Shown here: positions 11,809 to 23,844 of the stretch, one piece after another
Layout of the letters: each line of letters starts with the position of its first letter
How positions within the stretch are numbered: position 1 is the stretch's first letter
Source of the DNA: Girardia tigrina
Taxonomy: Eukaryota
Direction: 5' to 3'
Assembly (NCBI GenBank): GCA_001938485.1
Contig: MQRK01229401.1
Coordinates: 11,579-61,424 of the forward strand
Length of the DNA: 49,846 bases
The notes under the pieces: generated by a model
What the model was told of the DNA's origin: nothing
The model's input: only the letters and a program-made list of their open reading frames with translations
The model's database searches: none
Program-made: the position numbers and the translations under genes

Positions 11809-13517
11809 AATTCATAAAATTATCGAAAAAATATTTTTATGTCATTTTTTCTTTTAAAACTCAAATTACTTTCATTTAGCAAGAAATATAATCCATAATA
11901 TTATTATTTTCATGTCATTTATAATATGGGATCAAAAATGATGGAAAAAATAGTTATTTAATAAAGAATATATTGTTAAAATGTAAATTAAAAAAAACAA
12001 TTTTAAACATATTAATTGATTATTAATGATTTTTTATTAAAAATAAATTTATAAAAATAACAAAAATAAATAATTGAAGTTTATGGAAGAGTTAAATTTT
12101 CTAAATTATAATTTTTTGTTTACTCTTCTGAATTTATTTTAATTGTAAGAATCAAATCTAAAATAACTAAAGGATTTCGAAAAAAAACGGAAATTTTTTG
12201 ATTTTATATATCCGGGGAAAATTTTATAAGGCTTTATTCATTTATAATACATATATAAAAAATTAATATTAAATAGATATACTTATATATGTATTTATAA
12301 ACCTTTCACACTGAAAAATTTTGTGAAATTACAATATTTATTAAAATGATGTTTTGGGGGTCCCTGAATTGCCTTATGGAGCTGCCTTAAAGATCAGAGT
12401 CATGTGCCTTTATTTTATAGATTACTATATTTGAAACCATTTTGATCAGTTTTGAATCGTAAAATTCAAATTATCAAATTTCTTTTAAATGACAAAATTT
12501 TATTCTTGAGAAGGCGATCAATTATTTTTATCAGTATAAAACATTTCAAGAAAAAATCACAAATTTTGTTCGTCAAAAAAAACCAGACAACATTTAAAAG
12601 TGTCTCGTTCAAATTCTTTTCAATCAGTAAATTTAAATAATAACTCAGAAGAATTTCGAAATCAGCAAATGTGTTTTTTATGAGTCAAAAGATAATCGTC
12701 TCTTTTAAATCAGCAAATTCCCGAATTTATCAATCGACAAAATAATCCCTGTGAAATCAGCAAAGTTACGATTTTCAATCAACAAAATATTCACAAAATT
12801 TTCACGAATTTCAAAATAAAAATAACAAAATAATTACATTTTAAAAATAATTCTCACTAATAACTCATTTTGATTGGCTGGCCAGTCAGAGTGAGCTTAA
12901 TCGAAAAAAATCATCTCTTTTCTAAGAACAAATGATTGGCAATCCATGTACAATGACTCGGTAATCCACATCAAAACCAAAAATTTAAATCTTTTTCCGA
13001 TTTGAATTTCATAATAAATTTATTTTAAGTATTTTAATTTTTGTTATTTTTCTTAATTTATTTATTTTGTTATATACAATATGTATAACTAAAGCAAGCA
13101 TTAAATAATTTAGCGATTTTTCTTAATTCAAATCTGAGTCTTGAAAATAAACAGAAAATTTCTGAAGATCTAAACAATTAGTCTTTGATTCAAAGAGAAG
13201 AATATTGAAATATAAATATAAATAAATAATTATTGTTTGGGATTCAAATGAAATTATTATGTTTATTATTATTATATTATTATTATCGTTATTATAAAGA
13301 ATACTTCCTTCCTGTACCCTATCAGATCGAAAATTTCTCATAACAATTCAAATCGAGAAAATCATCATTGGTTTTGAATGACAATCTCTGATAATTTTAT
13401 TTCTGTTATTTGCCATTTTGCTTGCACATTTATATAAGTATATAAATAATGTGAAATAATTATAATTAAAAAGAATTAAATAAAGAAATTAAAATATAAA
13501 TAAAAGTATTAAATAAA

Positions 13518-13561
<44 letters not shown>

Positions 13562-13981
13562 TCGAAATTTTTGATCTTTGAAAAATCCGTATATTAAGAA
13601 AATATGACTCATCGAGTCAATCATTTTCATCGAATGAATATGTCTGCCGGAAGTAGAGACATGTGTCGAGTCGATGTGCCAGATAATTGAGGGAGAGACT
13701 ATGTCAATTTGATTGGTTTAAAGAATGAAATACTCACTATGATTGGTTATTCATCAGAGCGAGTATTTTCTTACAAAATAAATCATTCATTATTATTTTT
13801 TTGATTTCGAATTACAAATTTCTCGATTTGAAATATGGAGAGCCAAATACATTTGTCTTGAATTATTATTTTTTTGTTGATTGAAAAACGAAATGCTGGC
13901 TATTTTTTAATGAAAGTTTATAATCTTAATTATATTTTTTGAAAGACTCGAATTAATTTTCCCCATATTTTTAATGATGAT

Positions 13982-14631
13982 TGGGAGAATTAGAATAACT
14001 CTTAGATTTTCGAAATAAAAAAAGAATCACAACGATAAAATATTTTAAATTAATTAACAATTAAGATTATTAAAATAGATTTTTAAATCATATAGTAAAA
14101 TAATTTAAAAGATAATAAAAGTTATAGTATAACATTTTAAATTAATGAAAATATAAGTTGTTGAAATTTAATTTTTTAATTATAACGGAAAAGATACGGT
14201 TATATAAAGTTATGAATTGTGAATTATAGATTATAAATTAGAAATTATGAATTATAAATTATAACTTATGAATTATAAATTGTGAATTATAATTTATAAC
14301 TTGTAAATTATTTTGGAAATAATAAGAAACAGAACGAAATTAAAAATCGAATATAAACAATTATTTAAAAATGTAAATTGTGAATTAATTTAGAAATAAA
14401 AGAAAATTAACCAACCGAAATTAAAATTTTAATTTAAAGTAATGATTTAAAATCGTAGAAAATTATAATACATAAATATTGAAATTATGTTTTTATTATA
14501 TTTTGTTTAAATCTGGTTCGTATAATAATTAGGAAGATTGTTCCTCAAAATTTGTTTAAGAAATTTGAATTGTTATATTAATAAATTGTTTTGTTATCTA
14601 ATGAATTTTAATTTTGATATCGAACCTAACA
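13982..14631 (+). repeat. 5' LTR (TG...CA) with internal 7-bp TTATGAA/TTGTGAA tandem repeats
   Basis: Aligns with 26168 onward; ends GAACCTAACA directly before the TGG of the PBS. Confidence 0.8.
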
Positions 14632-15690
14632 TGGTGACTATGGCCATTTGTTCAGATCATTTGATCTCGAGGCTATTAATAGATAGATATAGTAAAGAAG
14701 ACAATATCGAAACTTTTATATCGGCGTGTGCACGATATTTTCAATTGTCCAAAATACCGAATAATGTCCAGGAAATAGTGATATTTGGACTTCTGTCAGA
14801 TGATCTTATACCGATGTACGAAGCTAGATTACGGGAAACCAATCAGAAGAAAAAATCATCAATGGAGGACTTAATCGAGGCTTAGAATATCGAAAGAACG
14901 GAAGAATCGGCGGAAGAATTCTTCACAAAAGCAAATATGTTTGCTTAAAACTAGCAAAATGGACAGAATTAGGTTTATAAACATGTCTCCTCCTCCATGG
15001 AGCCAAAAATAGAGATGTTGTAAAAGAGATTAAACTCAGAGAAATAAACGAACTACCGGACAAACAGACCTTGAGCAAATAGGTAGACGAGGTACAGGAA
15101 ACAGAAAAAAACAATACATACAATACGACCAACTTATAGAGATATGTTAAAAAAAGGAGCGATGACAAGAAGCAAAACCAAAAGAGAAACTTTTGAAGGA
15201 CAACCTTCGGTACAGAACAACATCACATGTTAAAACTGTCAGGAAGGGGATACAAAACTAGTGAATGTAAAGGATAGAAAAAAATCACATGTTATGCGTG
15301 CAGAGAACAAGGTCATATCCGACGCTAATGCAAAAACATAAGATGTGGAAGATGCATTAATTCATGTCATAGAACAGAAGAATATAACACAAATCTAAAT
15401 AAAAGATTTCAAATAAGAACAGAATATCAAAAAGGAACACAGAGAGGAAAAAGACGATATTTAGTTGAACAAATGAGAATCAGACGGAAATCAAAGGAGA
15501 AATCAAGAAAACAGTAGACGATATCCAGATTAACAAAGGAGAAATACAAGAGACGAGTGATCGGATGAATTCCGAAGAGGATTCGAAAGAGGCAGACAGA
15601 TAGCGATGATGGAGAAAGAAGAGATTGATGAACAACAAAAAAACGATTCAGGCCAAGTCGACGAGGAACCGATCTTGGCGTTGGAGTAAA
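14632..15690 (+). pseudogene. gag remnant with up to three CCHC zinc knuckles
   Basis: IDRYSKEDNIETFISACARYFQL...; ITCYACREQGHIRR*CKNIRCGRCINSCHRTEE at ~15285-15385. Confidence 0.75.
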
Positions 15691-15715
15691 TTTTCTTGAA
15701 TACGAACCAGACTAT

Positions 15716-15760
<45 letters not shown>

Positions 15761-16199
15761 GTAATAATAATAATAATATAAATAAAATAAATGATAAATT
15801 TGATAATAATATAGATTGTAAAAGTATTAAAAATAAACCAGAAAATCAGAGTGAACCAAAATTGTATCAGAATCTGGAAACGAATCAAGAAGTTATAAAA
15901 GTCATGAAAAAAGAAATGGTTAACATAGGTGAATTATTGATAATTAATAACAATGAGAATGTCCCAATCATTTACAATAAATTACAAGTATAGTATAGAA
16001 ACCATTAACAGCCAATTCCAAAATTGAATGAACAATTTATGTAGTCTGGATATTGAAATAGAATATAGGTGTATTAAAGTGAGAAATTAGTTGTAATTTC
16101 TTTTTCCATTAAATCTACTGAATAATCTATATAAAGAGATGAGTAATTTTTATTGGCCTCCCATTTTTTTCAATGGTATTGATTCGTAGGCTCTTTAGA

Positions 16200-16810
16200 A
16201 GGTCCACCCCAACTAAAAATCACTAGCAGCTCCCGATAGGCTTCCTACGAGGTTGTCAGCTTTCCACTTACAATGTCTCTTCGGACTCCCAGTAAAAAAC
16301 GACCAACCATGTTCGGATGTTCCTTGATTTAGCATTCCTTTGGCCGTTCCTGTGGACTTTGAACAGCCAGCGAAAGGACAGTTGAAATTTTCTTTTCAGA
16401 TAAATCCTTTAAACGGAAATTTAACACTTCTATGGAGATCATTTCCGAGAGATTGGTTGAAACATTCGTATCGACAGTCCGTACCTGAATACAGCTTGTA
16501 ATTGTTGAATTGTCTTTCTTCTTCCTGGTATTGCCGATCAATTTTACCCCACCACACAAATCGCCATCACAGCAGTCACCTGCTTTTCTTTGATGCTTCT
16601 GTTAGATTTGAATGGATTGATTTGCTTATTCCGTGTGATCTGTCTTGTAGTGTCTGGTTAGCCACCCATTGATGCATACTGACATGCATAAGGTTTTTGC
16701 TTGTCCGGTGCCGCTTCATGATCAATTTTAATATGTCTATTGCGTTCCTTTTGTTCTACAATGGCCTTCTTGCAAAGCTCGTAGGGACACTGGGATTGAA
16801 AATTGTGATC
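16200..16810 (-). pseudogene. C2H2 zinc-finger coding remnant, probably the C-terminal end of a LINE ORF in inverted orientation
   Basis: CPYELCKKAIVEQKERNRHIKIDH (C-x4-C-x12-H-x4-H), PYACQ.../GWLTRHYKTDH, FNCPFAGCSKSTGTAKGMLNQGTSEH. Confidence 0.6.
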
Positions 16811-16880
16811 TGATGTTACTCTCCTCGTCGCGGTTGGTCCTGGTAACTAGTCGATGCAAATCGGTTAGGCTAATGAGTAA
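16807..16880 (+). ncRNA. HDV-like self-cleaving ribozyme remnant at the LINE 5' end
   Basis: P2 TTACTC/GAGTAA, L3-like TCCTCGT, GG-TAAC junction, P4 hairpin CTAGTCGAT-GCAA-ATCGGTTAG, J4/2 GCTAA; P1 and P3 not cleanly formed. Confidence 0.5.
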
Positions 16881-18062
16881 TCTGCCAAATAGGGTCAGCA
16901 CCCCTATGCGCAGTATATTTACCGCTTCTACTTCCCTAACTAGGAATCTGGCAGGAATCGCAGTCAATAAGCTCCCGAAGCGTGAACCACTTGAGAACGG
17001 TTCCAGTGTCAAAATGTAGCTTGGAAATTGGAACGTCAGAGGATTAACGGATGAGAAACTCTTTAATCTGATCGTGATTCTGGAAAAAATACATCTGGGG
17101 ATTTGTATTTTGAAAGAAACCTACTATGGCTGAAATGCTGTGCAGGAAATTGGAGATTGGGTGATTCTGCACAGCGGGAACGCCTAGGAAGATAGGAAAA
17201 TACGAGGTGTTGCATTAATGATCAGAAAGCGGATAATCATAACATCGAGACAATGACGAAAAGTGATCGTATACTAGTATGTCGGATTCCAGAAAGACAT
17301 ACAACAATCATCGCTGTCTGTAGTCCTACGGATTGTGGATACTCTCCAGATGAGAAATCCTCATTTTACTCGGATCTCAGACGCCCAATAGCCGACGAGA
17401 AAGGCTCGGCTAAATCTACTCATCATGAACTCTTCATTGGAGTGATTTTAATTGTCGTGTTAAACGCACAGATATGAACACAACACATGTTGGTCCCTAC
17501 TATGGGGAGACAACTTATCAGAAAACGGATCAATAATTATAAAGATTGCTGCTTCTTGCTGTTTAAGGATAGAGAACACGTTCTACAAGCATTCCAAGGA
17601 TCAGAAGACAACCTGGATGCATCCGGGCAAAAAAAGAAAGAGATGCTTGATTTGTTTTTGACTGACCAACATCGATCGAGACTGATATCCGACGTCAAGA
17701 GTTATCCTAAACTTGATTGCGCATCTGACCATGACCTTTCAATGCTAATTGCATGGCTCAGAAAGAGAAATAGGCCCAGAAAGAAAACTTGCAAGAAACG
17801 GAAAGAAGAGAAGATACATAACATAATCTTATTAGTGTCCCATAATCGAAGAATCGCTAAAAGCTACAAGCCAAAATATGGAACCCTGCTGGACTGGTTT
17901 TACAGATGGTATTATAGCAGCGGCTTGTAGTTGTGGAAAATCAAGCAGGCAAATTCTACTTAGCCAGAGATGGTTGCAAGACCATCAGAATGAACTAATG
18001 AAAATATTACTGGAAAATTGGATAAAAGAAAGAATTTTGTCAACAACAGGAATGATACAAAT
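16813..18062 (+). mobile_element. RTE-like non-LTR retrotransposon 5' part (APE endonuclease), degenerate, RT absent
   Basis: LGNWNVRGL, LKET, HSG...RGVALMI, VCSPTD, G(V/D)..NCRV, LDLFL, CASDHDL motifs across frames. Confidence 0.8.
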
Positions 18063-18295
18063 GATTTTTTATTATTCCTTGTGACTTATCTCCTTTGTGA
18101 TTTATTGATTACCTTGTCAACTTTTACCTCCTTCCATTAACCGTTTGGTTGTATAATTATAGTTTAATCATTTATATTTTCTTTTTATTTATTGTATTAA
18201 TAACAAGATTACGTAGACGAGCTAACGAAGTTCTTCGACCTCATTAGCTCGCTACCTTAATAATTATTATTGAATCGATCGATAATAATTATTAT

Positions 18296-18334
<39 letters not shown>

Positions 18335-18822
18335 TAATATCTGGCTACTACAATAGGAAAGGAGAACTAAACATGTGGACATGTTATCGAGACGAAATTG
18401 CGAAACGTGTACTCAATGTGAAATGGAACACGATGATGCTAAAATGGTAAAAATAAGACCAGATTATTAGTGGTGATTACAAGAAGTGAAGCTAAAGCAG
18501 GTAGAAAAGAATGGGTAAGCAAGGAGAAACGGAGTGAGTTGATCATACATACACATAGATTGTCTTGCTGGAGCGGAAAACGCATAAGAATATTTAAAGG
18601 ATAAGTTCGACATGGAGGAGGAAATGAAAATGATAGAAGAGGTAGTAGGAACATGCACAGATTGCCAACAGAAAAAAACGATTACCACAAAGACAAAGGA
18701 AGAAAAAGTAAAATAAACAGCATTAGAAGGATTGGAAAAGGTTTATATAGACATCTATGGACCATGGAACGAGACGATAAGAAGAAAAAGATACATCCTA
18801 AGAATAATAGGCCACTACAGTA
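18335..18822 (+). pseudogene. Gypsy pol remnant: RNase H end and integrase N-terminal half
   Basis: HVDMLSR, CTDCQQKK, LEKVYIDIYGPW, IIGHYS; continues in frame as KYVSL after the hAT. Confidence 0.75.
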
Positions 18823-19186
18823 CAGTGGCGTCCCTAGAGCATTGAAGCCCGGGGCGGAAATATTCGTGAGGCCCTATATATATTTATGTATATATATACT
18901 CATATCATTGGAAAGAATCAATAACAAATAAGATCTATCAATTATCTCTAAGAATATTTTTATTTATTTATTCTTTAATTCAAAAACTACAAAACAATAA
19001 TATAACATGGAGAAAGGTGTTAGAAGCATGATTCATACATACAAACATGCATAAATATGTTCAGGTCTGTATGCTAATATACATACTAGAACATTAGTTT
19101 ACATAGATATCAACGCACATTCTATCCCACACATGTATATCCGTAGGCAAGAAATTAAAAGAATCAACTAATCAAAGAATAACAAA

Positions 19187-22100
19187 TTAAAACTGTTTTT
19201 TACGAGTTTTCACTTCAGAAAATAATTTTATTGTCTCATCAAAGTTAATATTTCGTGCTGTTGTGTTTTCAATTGATATAATTGCTAAGCTATTAAGTCT
19301 TGTTTGATTCATTGTCGAACGAAGATAACTTTTAATTAGCTTTAACTTTGAAAAGCTTGTTTTGCAAAAAGAAATTGAAACGCACACTGTCAAAAAAATC
19401 TTTAAAGCTAAATTTAAGTTTGGAACCGATTCCTGTAAATCTATTTCTATTATAAAAGTTAGCATTTTCAGTGCAGACCATTTGTTAGCTTCCTCTATTT
19501 CAACTTTTCCTGCTGGAAGATGACTTTTAATTTCAGGTAAAATTTCATTTTCTTGTATTTCATCAAAAGTTTCCGTGAGACTTGAAATCAGCATTGGAAG
19601 TTCTTCAATCTCTGTTCCAATAAGATGCGATAATTGAACGGTTGCAAACTTTACATATAAATTTTGCATTGACTCTATCCTTTTTTTAAGATCTTGATAA
19701 AATTATCAAGTGACTGAAACATCGACCTTCTCAATTCTTGCTTTAATGTTAAAGCTGCATCTTTTAACTCTTCTCCATGTATCGCCTTTTTACGACTTTT
19801 TCGGTTAACAAATTAAAACTGTTTTTACGAGTTTTCACTTCAGAAAATGAAAAGTAAGAGGATGAAATCCCAAAATCGATTCTCTTACCTCTACCTTGAC
19901 TCTCTTCCAAAAAAAAGTTATCAGGCATCTAATTTTTGTACAGTTTTGTCAAAACTAATTCCTTCGGTTTGTAAGTATTTTTGAGTATGATTGATTTCCT
20001 CAAGAGTACTACTCCAGAAATGAAGATAAGCAAGAAAACTGGAAAAATAAATGTTTTTCATTAAAATTTCAGCTGTACCCCTCGTATCTAGATTTTCTGA
20101 TGTATCGCATAATTTTTCTAAAGCCTGTATCAACTTTCGAAAATATTTCACCACAGGTTTCACAGCATTATATTGTTCGCTCCAACTGGTTCCTGGTAAC
20201 CTTTTGATAGTTATCCCGACTATTTCTAACAATATATCCCACCTATGAGTTGATGAAGAAAAAAGTTGTAAATGCTTTCAATTGTTCCAAAAAACGTTAC
20301 ACAATATGGAATGCTTCCAAATGCATGAATCCTGCTCAAGTTAAGCGAATGATTAGAACATGGTACAAATAAAACTTTCTTATTAATTTGCTGGATTCTG
20401 GCCTGTACTCCAGAGTGAATACCTAATATAACCGAAACATTGTCATAACCTTGACTTCGACATAGGTTTATATCCAAACCCTCTTCATTAATGACATTTA
20501 CAATTTGTTGTGTGATATCAACAGCTTTCTTTCCAGTAAGAGGATGAAATCCCAAAAACGATTCTCTTACCTCTACCTTTTTGTTTTCAATATGAACATA
20601 TCTAATAATCTCTCATCATTGGTCTTGGTGAGATGCATCAGGTGTTGAATCAAACATTTTCCCATAATATTTTGCTTTTTTACATCTTCAATAATCTTCT
20701 GCTTCACCGCATCTCCCAATATAGAAATAAAATCATTTTGAATTTTAGGGGAATGATGCGAAATCATGTTTCCTGCTTTACTATTCTGGATCCTTGCCAA
20801 ATGTTCTTTTAAGACAGGATCGTAGTGTGAAATTATTTCAACTAACTCTAAAAAATTGCCTTTATTCTCAGAAAATTCATGTTCTCTGTGACCACGGAAA
20901 GCTAAATTTTGTTTAGCTAGAAACATGGTGACATCTAATAAGCGATGTAAAATGTCATTCCATTTTTTAGTTTCTAGTTCCCGATTTTTTTGATGTACAG
21001 CATCAATAGTTTTATTAAGATTTAATCTTAATTCTAACGTTTTCCATGTCTCAAGATTGTTTAAGTCAATCTCAGAAATTTCATGATGTGATATCTTAAG
21101 GTTTAATTTCCACTAGTTAGAAAATCCAGTAACAAAACTTGATTCATTATTACTTTTCTTGTCACAAACTGCAAAAAGCCGACAACAGAAGCAAAATAAA
21201 CATTTCTTGGATAGAGAATAAACCATTCATTTTCTGAGAACTTTTTTACCATTTGAAAGATTTTTGTAGAACCAATGCTTAGTAAACTGTCGAGTTTGAC
21301 CCTTTATTTGTTTTCCTACTCTTTGAACCACTCCAAATGGACCATCTTTGTTTTTTATTTTTTTTTATTCGAAAAAAATATTTTAAAAAAATTTATAAAT
21401 TTCTATAGTTTTTGTTTTTCTAGTCTTCAAAAGTTATAATAAAAGGACATCAAAACAAATTATTATCAAACTGCATAAACAATAAAAAATTTTAAAAAAT
21501 ATTTACAAAACGTTTTTGAAAATACTCAGAAAAAAAATTAAAGTATGCTAGTAAAAAGATTACCATTAAAAGCTCGGATAAATGTAATGGCTGAGAAAGA
21601 GGAATGTCAACATCGATATCATCAGCTCGAAGTGATGTATTCAGGATATCTTTCATAACTGTGTTAATGAGAGAAATGTTTGAAATGATTTTGTTATTTT
21701 CTCTTATTATTATGCATACTTCTACATGCAAATGTGGAATATTGTGCTGTTGATGAAATTCTATTTGGAATCAATTTAAATGTTTTGTTCTGATTTTAAA
21801 GAAAAATTTTAATCAACAGACAACAATTTATCAATATGCACGATTCTGGAATGTATTTGAAATGTTTTTACATTCAAATTAACTTAAATTAAATGTATTA
21901 ACTTAATGTATTGATATTTTAGGTACGTTTGTGAATAAACTGGAGAAATCAAATGAGACCATTTGATAGTGAAATTGGATAATCTGATAATGGAATTATC
22001 CAATTTCCCACATCAAAATTTAAAAATTGAATATCATTTTCATTGGATAGACTGATTCCATCTGCTTGTAGCATTTTTCTACCTAATTTTTCATTTTGCA

Positions 22101-22374
22101 AAATTACGTTTGGCGTATCACATTGTTGGGCTAACGTTTCAGTGAGTTTTATGCCTTGTTTATCTGTATTATTATTATCTTTTCTCTGTTCTTGAAAAGA
22201 TGCAACCGCTGGATCCAAATAAATCTGTTCACTTGATGGACCAACAAAGATAGATTCTGGTTTGGGAACTTACTTAACAAATTTCAGCAGTGATCCTGTC
22301 AGTGCCTCGGTTTCATCTCTCCTACATTTCAAAATTTTTCTTTTTTGTGCTCCACTTGGATGATGCCTCTTCAT
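19187..22374 (-). pseudogene. hAT transposase pseudogene
   Basis: MKRHHPSGAQKRK start; LAKQNLAFRGH...GNFLEL (DUF4371-like); CRSQGYDN; VPCSNHSLNL; SFSKLKLIKSYLRSTMNQTRLNSLAIISIE dimerisation domain; multiple stops and frameshifts. Confidence 0.9.
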
Positions 22375-23067
22375 GATGCGGTATCTAAAATTAAAATTAA
22401 AAACTTATTATAATGTTCCGCTGAACGTGTTAAATCAAATAAATAATTCATCTTTTCTTCGTCCGCTAAACCATCGTATACCACAAATTCTCCTTTTGTC
22501 AAAAAAGCGGCAATATGGCTTCTAATTATAAAATCAAAATTATAAATCAACTCGTACTTTTCCTGCCTTAATTAATATAAATTTCCTGTCTAGAAATAAA
22601 TATAAACAGAATTGAACAACTAAAAAAGTATATTTGTTTCAACACAAAGTTTGCCTCACAAAATCCAAAAGTTGCTAAAATTTTCGTTTCCGAGTACATT
22701 CAAATAACATATTTTAAAATTAAGTGTCTTTTTATTCATCACAAAATTTACTTTATACTTTTCAATTGAGGATCTATTTATTTTGATAGTGAAATTGAAT
22801 GATTTTTTGTGAAGTTAATTTTACTATTTATAATATACTATTTTGGCCGGTCATTTTTAAAAATTAGTCCTGTTTAAGATGGTCACAAATACTAAATTTT
22901 ATTTATTTTTATCAAAATTAACTGTTAACTCCAAATCTAAAACAATTCAAAATAAGAAGTATCTTTTACTAATAATTTATATTTACTATATTATAAAAAT
23001 ATTAAAATTACTCTAAAAAAGTGTTTGTGATTTTCAATTCAAGTATTACAATGATATTTATTAAATA

Positions 23068-23466
23068 CTAGCGCGCTCGGCCCGCTTCGCGGCCCTCTCT
23101 TGCCGGGGGTTCAATTTTTTTTATATTATAAAAGCCCAAGTCACTCACTGCCTGCCTCACTGCCTCACTAATGCTATAAGGTAAATTTTTGAAATAATAA
23201 CAGAATTTTTCATAATAAATTGATATTTTTCCACATTAAATACAGAATTTTTCATAATAAATTGATNNNNNNNNNNNNNNNNNNNNNNNNNNNNNNNNNN
23301 NNNNNNNNNNNNNNNNNNNNNNNNNNNNNNNNNNNNNNNNNNNNNNNNNNAAATTGATATTTTTTCACATTTATTTTTCAACAAATAATACTATTATTAC
23401 ATCAACAATTATTACGTCAGCGTTAGTGAAGCAGGCAGTGAGTGACTTGGGCTTTTATAATATAGA
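23068..23466 (-). mobile_element. Non-autonomous Helitron with an internal inverted copy of its 5' end
   Basis: 5' TCTATATTATAAAAG, 3' GC hairpin GGCCGCGAAGCGGGCC then CTAG; inserted in A|T with no TSD; empty site CGATAA|TATTTAAT present in copy B at ~41399-41412. Confidence 0.9.
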
Positions 23467-23844
23467 TTATCGTTAAATGTTATTATAAAAAAAGTAATAA
23501 TTTTTTATATAAAAGTAGTGTTGAAAATTAAACAAATGAGAGGAAAGCAAAATGATTATTAACTTTTGTAAGGTATGACTGCAATTACAAGGACATTAAA
23601 AAACTTTTATATTTTTTATTAATTTATTCCACAAGATTCTCATTGAAAGTCTGTGAGTGTCCTTTTAATATATGTTAAAATTATTCATAGAGATCTTTTC
23701 TAACATTAGAAGTTACAGTTCAAGTTACGACTGTTGGCGATTGATGACAAACACAAAGTAGAGGGAAATTCCACGGTGAACTGCATTTCTCTATAATATT
23801 GTTTTTCAATATAAATTTAGTATTTTCGTTATTCCTAACAATCA

